Source of the DNA: Carcharhinus longimanus
Lineage: Eukaryota
Direction: 5' to 3'
Assembly (NCBI GenBank): GCA_030264375.1
Contig: JASCQW010000072.1
Coordinates: 67,170,209 to 67,234,208, forward strand
DNA length: 64,000 nt
This document shows, in pieces, positions 36,301 through 48,244 of this stretch (the first letter of the stretch is position 1; each line of letters opens with the position of its first letter). A model generated the notes under the pieces. The model was not told where the DNA came from and made no database searches. It was given only the letters and a program-made list of their open reading frames with translations. The translations under genes and the position numbers were made by a program.

Positions 36301-36713
36301 CTTCTGTAACAATTGAGAAATTACATCAAATTTTTGCGAATCGGTCCACCAGATATGCTTTTTTCGGATAACAGCACTACATTTACCAGTGAATTACCTC
36401 AAGAATTCTTGCAAAAGAATGATGTCCGCCATGTTCACACTGTGCTGTTTCATCCAGCTTTGAATGGTTTGACGGAGTGAGCTGTTCAAGCTCTGAATGT
36501 GGGATTGAAGAGAATGGCAGGTGATACTTTTGAGTACAAAGTTGTGAAGATTTCGATTCCAGTATCGCATCATGTTATAATCTACAATCCGGCTCTCTCT
36601 AGCAAATCTGTTGTGAGGTAGAAGACCAAAGTCTCATCAAGATTTGCTTCATCTAGATCTCAAGAGTAAAAGTGAGCAGGCGACAAGAGAAGCAGAAGGA
36701 ACCACATGACTAC
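33335..36713 (+). mobile_element. Decayed Ty3/Gypsy LTR retrotransposon (LTR-PBS-gag-pro-RT-RH-IN), 3' end in gap
   Basis: TGT..CA LTR (33335-33725) followed by TGG PBS-like site; gag from 33811 (MFGAVNGF..ENWAEYVERV.NFFLAN), zinc knuckles, protease MEMDTG, RT GIIEP...WTTPIIPVLK..GDYKLT..YPL.RVEDLF, LKSFLGLLN.YGKFLP, integrase PLHPWQWP..PWYRLHVDF..VDAHSK, SDN..FTS..HPALNG. Many frameshifts/deletions. Confidence 0.9.
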
Positions 36714-39700
36714 NNNNNNNNNNNNNNNNNNNNNNNNNNNNNNNNNNNNNNNNNNNNNNNNNNNNNNNNNNNNNNNNNNNGCTCAAGGGGCTAGATGGCC
36801 TACTCCTGCTCCTATTTCTTATGTTCTTATGTAAGACTGCAACACGGAAGAGTTGTTTGCAATTACCAAGACCATATTAGTTTATATTATGACTCAGAGT
36901 CAGGAAAGGTTTTGGAGTCAGCAACAGTTATGGCGTAGTTCCTACCGTTCATCTTCCAACCTGATTAAATGTAACCTATCCTGCCACCAACCCATCTTGG
37001 AAGACAGCATAAATTTCACTCACAGAAAGAAAAATAAGAGCGGTTCAGGCAAAACCAAAGAGTCATGAAGCACAAACTGAGGGGATAAGGCAAGATGGCA
37101 AGAGAGAAAGAGAAAATGCAACAGATAACAATAAGGGAGAATGTTTTTGAGATGATGGCTCAAAAATTCCCAGCTCCAAGACAATGTATCAAGATGCACT
37201 GAAGAACTTCCCTGCTCCGCCATGCCACCCACTTTACTTACTTTATGAGGCAGACAAAGGACTTTGGTTCACTTCACTAAAACACTTACAAGTTAAAGAA
37301 ACAGCTCTTACATAATAAATTAACTTTTCCCTGAACCAGGCTGACTGCCTGAAAAACACATATACTACCCGTTCTGGTGAAGTTGACTGGGCTGTTGTAT
37401 TTAATTTACTGACCTCACATCGACATATAAACTCAGGGTTTTCTTGGTTCAAAGGTGGATAACTCACGCCTATTCTTCATCACAGGTTGTAGGTTGCAGC
37501 AGTCTGGTCGAATCTTCACCAGACGTCATCTCCATGTGTTTGTTTTTACCCCCTCTCCAAGCCGTTTTGGAATGTTCTCCGGCTTTCAGCCAATGGGGTC
37601 ACAAGGTAGGGGTCACAGCACCCAATGAGTTTAGGCCAGGTCATCCTAGGTGTCCTGGGTGCACATAGCCCCTTTCAAGATATGGTTAATACCAAAGAGT
37701 CCATCTGAAACTGGAGAATTCACAAATGTAATGTATTTTTCTATTATTCTGGCTGAGTGCCTTTTGTTGGGTTTCGGGTCGTCATAACTCTCCCATTGTT
37801 AAGATTGAGCATCTCCTTCAATATGCAGGGCAGTTCTGGGCCAGCTCCTGTTTGCTTTTGACGTGTGGTAACCTTGTCCACGTTGCACCTGGCCTTGCTT
37901 GTAGAAGCAGTTTAGCTGTGTATTAATTTAAAGTGTCCAATTTATGTTGGGCCTAGTTGCTTAGGCTGTTAACCAGTATGGCACAGAACCATCTGAAAAT
38001 GTGATTTAAAATGCGTACGTTGGATGGTCCTGACTGTCTTATGTCAATAGTTATTTAGAATAACTATTTCTACCTCCTGAGTAACTACTGTATTGACACC
38101 CCTCAAGCCATTCTAGAAATCCTGACTCGGCCCCCATTTCCTCCGACAGTAACCACTCCCAACTGCACATCTCCACCGGACAAACTGATCCCACTACCTG
38201 CACTGCACAGCACCCCCGACCACGCAAACGCATCTCTCCCCCACCCACCAGTGANNNNNNNNNNNNNNNNNNNNNNNNNNNNNNNNNNNNNNNNNNNNNN
38301 NNNNNNNNNNNNNNNNNNNNNNNNNNNNNNNNNNNNNNNNNNNNNNNNNNNNNNNNNNNNNNNNNNNNNNNNNNNNNNNNNNNNNNNNNNNNNNNNNNNN
38401 NNNNNNNNNNNNNNNNNNNNNNNNNNNNNNNNNNNNNNNNNNNNNNNNNNNNNNNNNNNNNNNNNNNNNNNNNNNNNNNNNNNNNNNNNNNNNNNNNNNN
38501 NNNNNNNNNNNNNNNNNNNNNNNNNNNNNNNNNNNNNNNNNNNNNNNNNNNNNNNNNNNNNNNNNNNNNNNNNNNNNNNNNNNNNNNNNNNNNNNNNNNN
38601 NNNNNNNNNNNNNNNNNNNNNNNNNNNNNNNNNNNNNNNNNNNNNNNNNNNNNNNNNNNNNNNNTCTTAAAGCGGTAAATACAAAAAGCCCGCGAAAATG
38701 CTTTTAAATAATTTAAACAGTTCTACAAGGTAAGTTCTAACCACACACTAAAAGGCCCTTCACATTTGAACAGCACTGTGAGCAAATGTATAAGGTTTCC
38801 AGTGTGTCAGGTGTGAAATAGAAACTGTTTCTGGACTCTACATATTTAACAAACTCTGTTATATATATTGTTGCTGCATTCATGGGCCTGATTTTATTGA
38901 CTACATGAATTGTGTAGGATATTCAATCTTCAGAAGACTGAAGGTTACTGATCAAAACAAGATTCCAATTTTCTTTTGGCAAATCTTCACACGTGCATTT
39001 TTTTCCCCTTTGAGGAATAATAAGAAAATGGTGGAAGGACTTTCAGACTGATTATCAGCCACTGAATACGACATGAACACTTCTTCCAAGGCTAACAAGT
39101 CACAGAATCACATTTGCATTTGCCCAAACCATATTTACTTGAGGCAGTATAAGACTCAGATCAAGTACTTTCCAAAAGAGAGGGAAGCAAGTGAATTAGT
39201 GCTGCTTTTCACATATCTACAGGCTGTAACACACAATGCAACGCAAGGCTTTCTAGGTCTGAGCCACCTCTTAAACTAATCCCACTTCCTTACTCTGTGT
39301 CAGTGCATAGCTTTGTGTCTTGCTCTGTTTCAAATATTACTTCAGTTTCCCCTTAAGTGCAATGATCTCTGTCTCAAACAGACATTATGCAGTTTTTCCT
39401 AACCCCTTTCTTTATTCTCAGTGATCATTTTCAATTGCTGACCGGCTTGTCACTGACCTCCTTAGCAGAGGAGGTACTCACTTCCTTCCCACTCTCAGTA
39501 AACACTTCATGATTTTTTTTAGAAGCCCTGATTAAGTCTCCTCATAGCCTACTCTGCTTCCAATGTTTTAAGTCCCCCCTCATGATGATAATTCACAAAG
39601 CAAGCAATAGTATAAAAGACTCTTATATTGCAGGAATGGTACCTTGGTTCAAGAGCTATTAAAGAGGGAAGGGGCTGGAGAAATAGTCAGGACATGAAAA

Positions 39701-40825
39701 AAAAACATTAAGGGCTCTTTGATTTACTCTATTGGTGTATTCCCTATGTGCAAGTGGGAGACAGACAAATAGGGAGTCAGAAATACTTAAAAAGAGACAG
39801 ACAAACAGGAAGAGCAAAAGGTAGTTAGAAAGTACCTATTCATACAGATTGATTCTCAGTCAGAGAAAAGACATAAATATACGTCATAGAAAAGGCAGAT
39901 NNNNNNNNNNAATGGATAGATATAATGGAGGATATGGTAAATGTATATATAGGTGCAGACAGAATGAACTTTGGCAGATGTAAAATTTGACACCAATTTA
40001 TATATTTTTGAAAATGAACTCACACTTGAGTTAATGAGCAGAGCTAACGTATGACAGTGAAGATGTTTCATGACCATCTTTGAGAAGAGCCTTCAGGATG
40101 AGTGAGGATGTACTGCAGCAGCTTGTATGCTGCCAGATTGAACAGAAATAGAACAAAAGATCCAAGAGGCCACAGTGCCTTTGCCTGTAAGCAGCACTCT
40201 CACCACTGACAACTATCACCCAATGATTAAAGTATTATGGTTAGAGTAAGCATTCCAGTGTGTTTGATGCCAGAAGTGAGACCGTCAAGCTGATTACTTT
40301 TGTCAGATATAGGTCCCATATTTCCACATAACCATTGAAATATTTATTGAGCATACAGCTATATAAAACACAGCATGAGACTGCTTTCTGTTGTAAAGGA
40401 TGTTATTGAATGGTCACATTTCTCTCAACCAATCAAATCACTTGTGATTACCTGTAACTGTTTGGTACTCTTGTCAAGTCCTAAAGGAATTGGACCAGTG
40501 CCGTTTTTCTCTTTGATGCCTCTTTTATTTCCAGATAGCTTTCAAAACCCTGGATATAACCGGGAATTGAATGAGCAAACCAAGATTAAAGCATCATCAC
40601 GGAGACCCTGGTCATATCCATTCAGCTTAGCTCAAATACACTGGAATGCTCATTCTAACCAAATCATTTTAATCGCTGGATGACAGTTATCGGTGCTGAT
40701 TACAGGCAAAGGGATTTTGACCCCTATAAGAGTTTCACTCTGTTTCTGTTCAATCCTGTCAACATAGTTCAGGCCACTGCACTATATTTAATGAGTGGCT
40801 ATGTTAGATTCTTCATCTCAGGGAC

Positions 40826-41196
40826 AATAGAGGTCTATAAAATAATGAAGGGCATAGATCAGCGAGATAGTCAATATCTTTTCCCAAAGGTAGGGGAGTC
40901 TAAAACTAGAGGGCATAGGTTTAAAGTGAGAGAGGAGAGATACAGAAGGGTCCAGAAGGGCAATTTTTTCACACAGAGGGTGGTGAGTGTCTGGAACAAG
41001 CTGCCAGAGGCAGTAGTAGAGGTGGGTACAAATTGTCTTTAAAAACCATTTAGACAGTTACATGGGTACGATGGGTGTAGAGGATATGGGACAAATGCGG
41101 GCAACTGGGACTAGCTTAGGGGTTTAAACAAAAGGGCAGCACGGACAGGTTGGGCTGTTTCCCTGCTGTAAACCTCTCTGACTGTATGATTCTATG
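40826..41196 (+). mobile_element. CR1 LINE 3' end
   Basis: IEVYKIMKGIDQRDSQYLFPKVGESKTRGHRFK...FFTQRVVSVWNKLP; ACTGTATGATTCTATGA tail. Confidence 0.9.
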
Positions 41197-41635
41197 ACAG
41201 AGAGAGGGGGAGAGAGAGAGAGACTGGGAGAGAACTGGAATGTTCTGTTCACAATGTGCTGGATAGCAGCTTTAAACTCTCTCAGCAACATTTCAATCAT
41301 TACCAGGCCCAGCACTGAACAGTCACTATTCCAGAACCATCCGGAAAGCCAGAGTCAATCCCAACAGTTACAATCAGCTCCTAACCAATCCAATCAATAG
41401 TCTCTGCCCTGTCCCACTCTTCCACTCACCACCTGACCAAATCTCCTCCCTGCTCTCACCCTCCACCTTCCTCCAATTTCCCTCCTGTCTCCCTCACATC
41501 CACCTCCTGTTTCCTCAGCCCCATTCCCGCTGGCCTCCTGATCCAGCTCCCTCTGTGAGCCCTCACTTTAGCCCCGATTGGAAACAGTTCACTCTGGGTG
41601 TTGTCCCTCTCATTGCTTTCTATGGGTCGGCATTC

Positions 41636-41705
41636 CCCCCTCTCCCTGTCCCCTCCTCTCCCTGTCCCCTCCTCTCCCTGTCCCCCCACTCCCTGTCCCC
41701 CCACT
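41636..41705. repeat. C/T-rich minisatellite running into gap
   Basis: CTCCCTGTCCCCTCCT-type units. Confidence 0.8.
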
Positions 41706-42189
41706 NNNNNNNNNNNNNNNNNNNNNNNNNNNNNNNNNNNNNNNNNNNNNNNNNNNNNNNNNNNNNNNNNNNNNNNNNNNNNNNNNNNNNNNNNNNNNNN
41801 NNNNNAAGAGGTAACACACTGTTTAACATCCAAATTACTCTCCACAGAGATACTTACCAGCACCGATCACCCCAGGGAGACAAGGCAGGTCTTACCTTCT
41901 CCAATGGTTCTCACTTAGCACCAATCCCCATGGGAGACAGTGCAGAAACTTCATAACCAGGGCAGATGCTTCATGACAATCCTTACAAAACACATGTGTA
42001 AATATTGCTCTTAGCTTGGATTCAAGCCTGTAAAACTAGTGAATTTTCTCTTCGGCTTTCAAAATTGGTGGACATACCAGATGGAGAACACATGCAAATT
42101 ACTGCAGTGTGTCTCTGGAGTAACATAACTCTTTTCATGAAGGCAGTTATGGGAGTTTAGTGCAGACACACAATTCATTTTTCAATGCA

Positions 42190-42510
42190 TTAACCCATTG
42201 CCATCCATTTAAAGCTTCTCCAGGGACTGAGGGAGTGTGGCACTGTTGGAGATGCCTATTTCAGAAGAGAGGTTAAACTGAGGCCAAATCTTCCTTATTG
42301 GCTGGAAATAAAATGCACCATAGCACTAGAAGAACAAGGGTATTCTTCCTAATATTCATCCCTCAGCATTACTACTTGTGGGAAGTTGCTGCATACAAAT
42401 TGGCTGCTGCATTTCTGAAGTTACAACAGAGACTACATTTTACAAGCACTTCATTGATTGGAAAGTTCCTTGGGATACCCTGTGTCATGAAAGGTGCTAT
42501 AGGACTCTAA
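42190..42510 (+). mobile_element. DeuSINE/SacSINE1-like SINE
   Basis: ACTGAGGGAGTGTGGCACTGTTGGAGATGCC..TTAAACTGAGGCC; CAAATTGGCTGCTGCATTTC; L2-type tail GAAAGGTGCTATA, resuming as CAAGTCTTT at 43849. Confidence 0.75.
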
Positions 42511-43848
42511 GGGCCTGATTTTACTATTTTCATTTTAAGTGCTGAATCTGGGTGCAATTCAGATCTGACTTGGAAATCTGCTTTCAGGAGCTCTCATACG
42601 CACCTAGCTTGAAAAAAACCGCAACGTCCGAATTGCGCTGCAGGCAGGGCTTAGCACACCTGAAACAGTTGGAGCTCTGAACTGCGCATACACACTGAAG
42701 AAAAGAATTTGAAAAAGTGCGCCCGTGTCACATTGTTCCCGGGCCGCAAAAAGCAGATAAAGCGGCCCAGGAATGAAAAGCGGGAGCGATGGCCCCCATA
42801 GACATCACTGTCCCCCTTATCCACCACTCCCCACTCCACCTCTTCCCAGACCGATTGTGACCCCTGCCCCCTTCCCCCACACCAAGCGCCTGCAGAGTAA
42901 CAGTGGACCCCCTTGCTCCCCCACCNNNNNNNNNNNNNNNNNNNNNNNNNNNNNNNNNNNNNNNNNNNNNNNNNNNNNNNNNNNNNNNNNNNNNNNNNNN
43001 NNNNNNNNNNNNNNNNNNNNNNNNNNNNNNNNNNNNNNNNNNNNNNNNNNNNNNNNNNNNNNNNNNNNNNNNNNNNNNNNNNNNNNNNNNNNNNNNNNNN
43101 NNNNNNNNNNNNNNNNNNNNNNNNNNNNNNNNNNNNNNNNNNNNNNNNNNNNNNNNNNNNNNNNNNNNNNNNNNNNNNNNNNNNNNNNNNNNNNNNNNNN
43201 NNNNNNNNNNNNNNNNNNNNNNNNNNNNNNNNNNNNNNNNNNNNNNNNNNNNNNNNNNNNNNNNNNNNNNNNNNNNNNNNNNNNNNNNNNNNNNNNNNNN
43301 NNNNNNNNNNNNNNNNNNNNNNNNNNNNNNNNNNNNNNNNNNNNNNNNNNNNNNNNNNNNNNNNNNNNNNNNNNNNNNNNNNNNNNNNNNNNNNNNNNNN
43401 NNNNNNNNNNNNNNNNNNNNNNCAGACAACGATCAGGCCTCCCTCCTCCCTCATCCCCCTCACCATAGAATGATCTGGCCCACCTCCCTTCCACTCCCCC
43501 ACACCCCCCACCAATCTTAATCAGAGAGTCATTGGAAGTACTGAATCACCTCTTCAGCAGTTGGAGTGCCCAAAATAGAATTTTGCCAAGCATGTCTGTT
43601 TTGCGCCCAACCTGGACACACGAATGCGATGGTAAAGGGGGAAATGCTAATAAAGTTGGGCAGGCAATTCATTAATTCAATTGAAATACATGCAAATGCA
43701 TTTAAATCACCGTTGCACCTGTTTCGGGCACGAATTGGATCGTGGCCATTCCTGGCCTCTGTAACGTGGCCATCTGCATGGACGCGGATTGCGTTAATGG
43801 CCTCACACCCGACTTTACCACATTTTACGCAATGGTAAAATTAGGCCT
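42511..43848. mobile_element. Non-autonomous TIR element (PIF/Harbinger-like) inserted in SINE tail
   Basis: TIRs GGGCCTGATTTTACTATT / AATGGTAAAATTAGGCCT; flanking TAA/CAA fits a 3-bp TSD with one mismatch; internal gap. Confidence 0.75.
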
Positions 43849-44254
43849 CAAGTCTTTATTTCTGCCTCCCTATGATACTGATTATCTATCCTAGACAGAG
43901 TAGCAGCTACATCTGCGCAAAACTAAGAACCCTAAGCAACAGGATCAGACTATACTGAAGAGAATAGACAAGCTCATGTTAAATCATTCAGCAGGAGAGG
44001 TCAGTTTTTCCTGCAGCAAGTGTTATAAGGACACCTTACTTTGCCCAAACTCAATTGCAGCCATTGGGTGGTACTCAAGTAAAGTTTTAGCAAGTAACTC
44101 CAATGGCAGCTTGGCACCACGACTCTTGTTGTTAGAATCATTATGAAATGCAACCTCAATATCTGAACTTGTGAGTGATTTACAGGCACTGTAATATTCA
44201 ATCAGTGTGTCTTTGTTCTCACTCTAACCATGGTAGTATGTAAACTTCTCTGTC

Positions 44255-44412
44255 TCTCTTCCTTTATCTTCTCCTTCAAGACACTCCTTAAAACTTAGAT
44301 CACCTGTCCTAATGTCTCGTTTGATTCGGTGTCAATTTTTACTTGATTTATGCTCTGTGCTTTGGGATGTTTTACTACATTATAGGTGCTTCATAAATGT
44401 AAGTTGTTGTTG
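44255..44412 (+). mobile_element. L2 LINE 3' tail
   Basis: CTCCTTAAAAC...TTGGGATGTTTTACTACATTATAGGTGCTTCATAAATGTAAGTTGTTGTT. Confidence 0.7.
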
Positions 44413-44554
44413 AAGGGGGCTATAAGCCTTACTGCAACTGTAATGAAGGGTTTCCTATGACAGAACATGTATGGAAAGAGATCTTTGTTGACCATAAGCA
44501 GTGTTTGCTGCAACAACTGTAATCCTGTTCCCTGTCAAGATCTGTTTGTAGGCA

Positions 44555-44685
44555 GAAGGAAAATACTGCAGATTCTGGAAGTAAAAGCAGAAAGTGCTGA
44601 AAATACCCAGCAGGTCAGGCAGCATCTGTAGAGAGAGAAACAGAATTAATGTTTTTGATGAGGGATCATAGAACTGTAATGTTGG
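44555..44685. mobile_element. Penelope-derived terminal fragment
   Basis: AAATACTGCAGATTCTGGAA..CAGAAAGTGCTGAAAATACCCAGCAGGTCAGGCAGCATCTGTAGAGAGAGAAACAG; same family as 14918 and 47525. Confidence 0.6.
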
Positions 44686-46524
44686 CCCAAATCTTCTGAT
44701 CAGTGTGGGGACCACTGTGTCCAATGCTGATCAGATAGGAGAGGTAGTCAGGTCGGGTTGGAAGGTAATTGCTGGAGGTCAGGAAGGTTAGCTTCCTGTA
44801 CTGGTATTGGTGCTTGTGGCGGTAAGTTCTACAGTCACCCAGGAGTTAGACTAGGAAATTTTTGTCTAATGCTTCCTAAGTAACTATTTGGGTAAGTAAA
44901 TCAGATTCACCTGAAGCCTGCAACGGAGTCAGTCTGTTTTTGGAGAATCCAGGGGAGGAGGGAAATTGCCCATTGAAACTTCTAGTTGAAACCTCCAAGG
45001 CAATTCCCACAGAAATCAGTGCATCAGAGTTCCATCGGGATCTAATGTGTATCTTGAGCATAGTTTCTGATGACTTGGAGACTGGAAGACCTGGGCTGTT
45101 GTTCAATCTGTTTCTCTCTCCATAAATGTCACCTCACCTGCTGCATATTTGCAGAATTTTCTGTTTTTATTACTGACCCAATTAGTTGGGCAGAATGGCC
45201 TGTTTTTGTGTTGTAATTTCAGTGTTTTTTTAAATGTGTCATACCTAGACTTCTGCAATGGAGAGCTGAAAGAGAGGGTGACTTCCATCCAATCCCCCCA
45301 CTTCAGAATAATGTGGTCTTTTAACAGTGGAATGTAGCATTGTCAAGGTCCTCGACGGCTGTAGAGTTTGAATCAGTGGATCATACGCAAGATGTAGCAA
45401 TTAGATTTCATTATTTTGCTAACAAATGTTATCTTTTTTGAGGTAAGTATCAGAGTCTGAGTTAAAAACAGCCATTATTTTGCCACACCATGCCTAGCGT
45501 TTGTTTGGCCACCACCTCAGAGAGATCTGACTATCCAATTTGGAAAACAGCCACTACTGCACTCTGTGAGACTACTCATTCTGCTTCTAATCCAGGGCCT
45601 CTCCTGACATGACATAGCCTCTAGTAGGAACTCTGCAATGTGTGCAGGGAATCTGCCAGGAACATACCATCAACCTTAGTCAGATCCTCTATAAACTGCA
45701 GAGTTGATCAAACTAAGAGGGTCATGGCTGCCCTCTGAGGTAAAGCAAACGGAATTAAAACAAAGAGAGGTGATTAAAGTTTTGGCGGTTTAAAAATTAC
45801 ATTTCTAATCTCATTCTGAAGATGTTGATTATTTTTACAATGTAATGGAAATGTCAGGAAGATCATTAGCAAGGTAGCAATACTGCTTTAACTTTTCACC
45901 TCTGAAGATTTGTTGTGCTAAATCTTTATTTATCCCATATTTCTAACCAGTTCAAGGTGATTACCTGTGTTTGGTCTCATTCAGTCAGTGTGTAATGCTG
46001 CATCTAGTTCACTGTCAGTGATGAGGATGATGATTTTTGTTAAAGTAAGTAAAAGAATCGCACTTCCAGTGGTTGGTGACTCAGTGAAGAAGAAGTGTTA
46101 TTATATGAATGGAGAGATTAACTTTTTTTTGTGCACAAGAGTGCTGCTGGGATGTGTTATGACCAGAAATAGTGAAGGAAGCAGATTCATGGTTACTTGT
46201 AAAAGGGAAGGGCATAAATACCTGAAAGAAAGTTCAAAGAATTTGGAAAAAATTGCAGGCTAATGGGATTAAACGGAAAGTATCCTTCAGAGGGAGGATA
46301 GGTGCAGGGAACTGGTTTGTGCCCCTGTGCTGCAAAGCTGTATGACCCTCAGACTTTCTGCTGTCGTAGTGTTCCCCTTTCACTACTGACAAAGTTACAG
46401 CTACACATCACCAGAGAGTCTGAGGAAATTTGGAGGCAGTTTCTGAAGCAGTGGTGCTCCCACTTCGGGGCAGTGAACACCACTGTACTGACAAGCCATC
46501 ACTAGCCCCTCTGCTGAGATCTCA

Positions 46525-47070
46525 GTGAGTAGTTGAGCCAGTGAGTAGCTGAACTGTGCAGATCAGAACACTCCCGGTTTCAATCCATGGTCTGTGCTGT
46601 GTTTAACATGTGACACAGGCGGAATGACAGAGATTGGTGGTGGTGAGTGCATTGTGCCCTTTGCCTGGGGAAGATTCACATGAAATTCCTGTTCTTGGTC
46701 TCAATCTAGTGAGTCATACTGGCAAGCAATTCTTTAATCATCATTCTTCGGCATGTGAGCATCAATGGGAAGGCCAACATTATGTGCCTGCCGCAGTTAC
46801 CCATGAGACCTCAGTCATGGGTCACTGTTCTAAATCATTGAAGTCCATGTGGTGGAAATGCTAACACATTGCTGCTTGTTAGGGAGTTCCAGGGTTTTGA
46901 CCCAGTGGGCGTGAAGGCAAGTTAAGGTCAGGGTGAGGAGAGGCTCAGGTTTGGTTGGCTCTCACTGCCTCAGTGAACAGATGCAGAATGGTCACTTGGT
47001 CTTGATGCCCTGAGAATAGCCTGCATCCAAGATACAATAAGAGTCAGTGTCTTCAGGATGGGAACAAAGA
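46525..47070 (+). mobile_element. LF-SINE-like SINE split by a CR1-tail fragment (~46730-46935)
   Basis: GGTTTCAATCCATGGTCTGTGCTG head region; GAATGGTCACTTGG and AAGAGTCAGTGTCTTCAGGA 3' region. Confidence 0.5.
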
Positions 47071-47524
47071 TGAAAAAAGATCATTTATTTTTGAATTAAC
47101 AGCAGGTATAAATGTCATTAAACTGTTTTGGGGAGCCTTTAACCCAATCTTGGAGAATTGGCAAGGATTAACTGCCTTCTGCTGTGTTGCAGCAACTACG
47201 CTGAAGATTCCGCAGTAATTGCTTGCTGTAAATTATACCCATTGCCATGGAGACGGTGTCGTATGCAGTGAGGCGTGAAATGCTTTAGAGCTGAAAATGG
47301 GAAAGATTCATGGTCCTGTCATGTTTTATTTTTTCATGTGTGGCACCTCTGAAAGGCTGATGAAATACCGTATTTTCCTGAATAATTGCAGGTCCTAAAC
47401 CACCTCAATTGGCGTATGTTATTGTAATGAAAAAGTTTTGGTCCAGATGGTGAGAGGTTTCCCCATTGCTCCATGACATTTCTGGCTCTTTAATTGATGG
47501 GCCAACTGACAGTCGATTGCAGTT

Positions 47525-47718
47525 AATAAAAACAGAAAGTTCTAGAAAGCATCAATGAAGAGGGAGAAACGGTCATAGCTCTGAAGAACTATCATATGGA
47601 CTTGAAACATTAACTTTGCTTCTCACCCCACAGGTACTGCCAAATCTCTTGAGATTTTCCAGCATCTTCTGTTTTAATTTCAGATTTCCAGTATCCACAG
47701 TATTTTGGTCTTATTTTA
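47525..47718. mobile_element. Penelope-derived inverted-arm element with degenerate hammerhead
   Basis: Short arm AAAACAGAAAGTTCTAGAAA vs TTTCCAGCATCTTCTGTTTT; CTGAAGA...GAAACATTA core at 47581-47612. Confidence 0.6.
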
Positions 47719-47934
47719 GTTGATTGAGCTTGCTGTGGAATGGGATCTCTCCTTTCTCTCTTGGAAGACAGATGGTTTCAGATACCTGACGCCCTAACAT
47801 ACTTTGTCACAAAGATGCAGTTGAATTCCATGAAGTTTTCAGCAATGAGTGTCTCCTCTCCCTTCCGCCTATCAATGAGCAGCCATAATAACCGTGGAAC
47901 AGGTCTTCGATCACGTCTGTTCTAAGTAATCCAT

Positions 47935-48244
47935 TAAAAAGTCTCACAACACCAGGTTAAAGTCCAACAGGTTTATTTGGTCAGGTAAGTGGGAATTTAC
48001 AGCAAGCAGTTACCTGAGGAATCTTCAGCATAGTTGCTGCAACACAGCAGAAGGCAGTCAATCCTTGCCAATTCTCTAAGAGTGGGTTAAAGGCTCCCAA
48101 AAACAGAACTCCCACTTACCTGATAAAAGAGCAGCACTCCAAAAGTGCTTTTGCTACCCACTAAACCTGTTGGACTGTAACCTGGTGTTGTGAGACTTCT
48201 TACTGTGTTTACCCCAGTCCAACACCGGCATCTCCACATCATGA
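47935..48244. mobile_element. Penelope-derived inverted-arm element with perfect 13-bp TSD
   Basis: Same family as 16324; TSD CTAAGTAATCCAT at 47922-47934 and 48245-48257; arms GTCTCACAACACCAGGTTAAAGTCCAACAGGTTTA / TAAACCTGTTGGACTGTAACCTGGTGTTGTGAGAC; decayed hammerhead CTGATAAAAGAGCAGCACTCCAAAAG at 48120-48145. Confidence 0.85.

Noticed and set aside
42651-43520. Long ORFs spanning N runs (also 14.5, 38.3, 53.1 kb)
   Set aside because: Artefacts of translating gaps.
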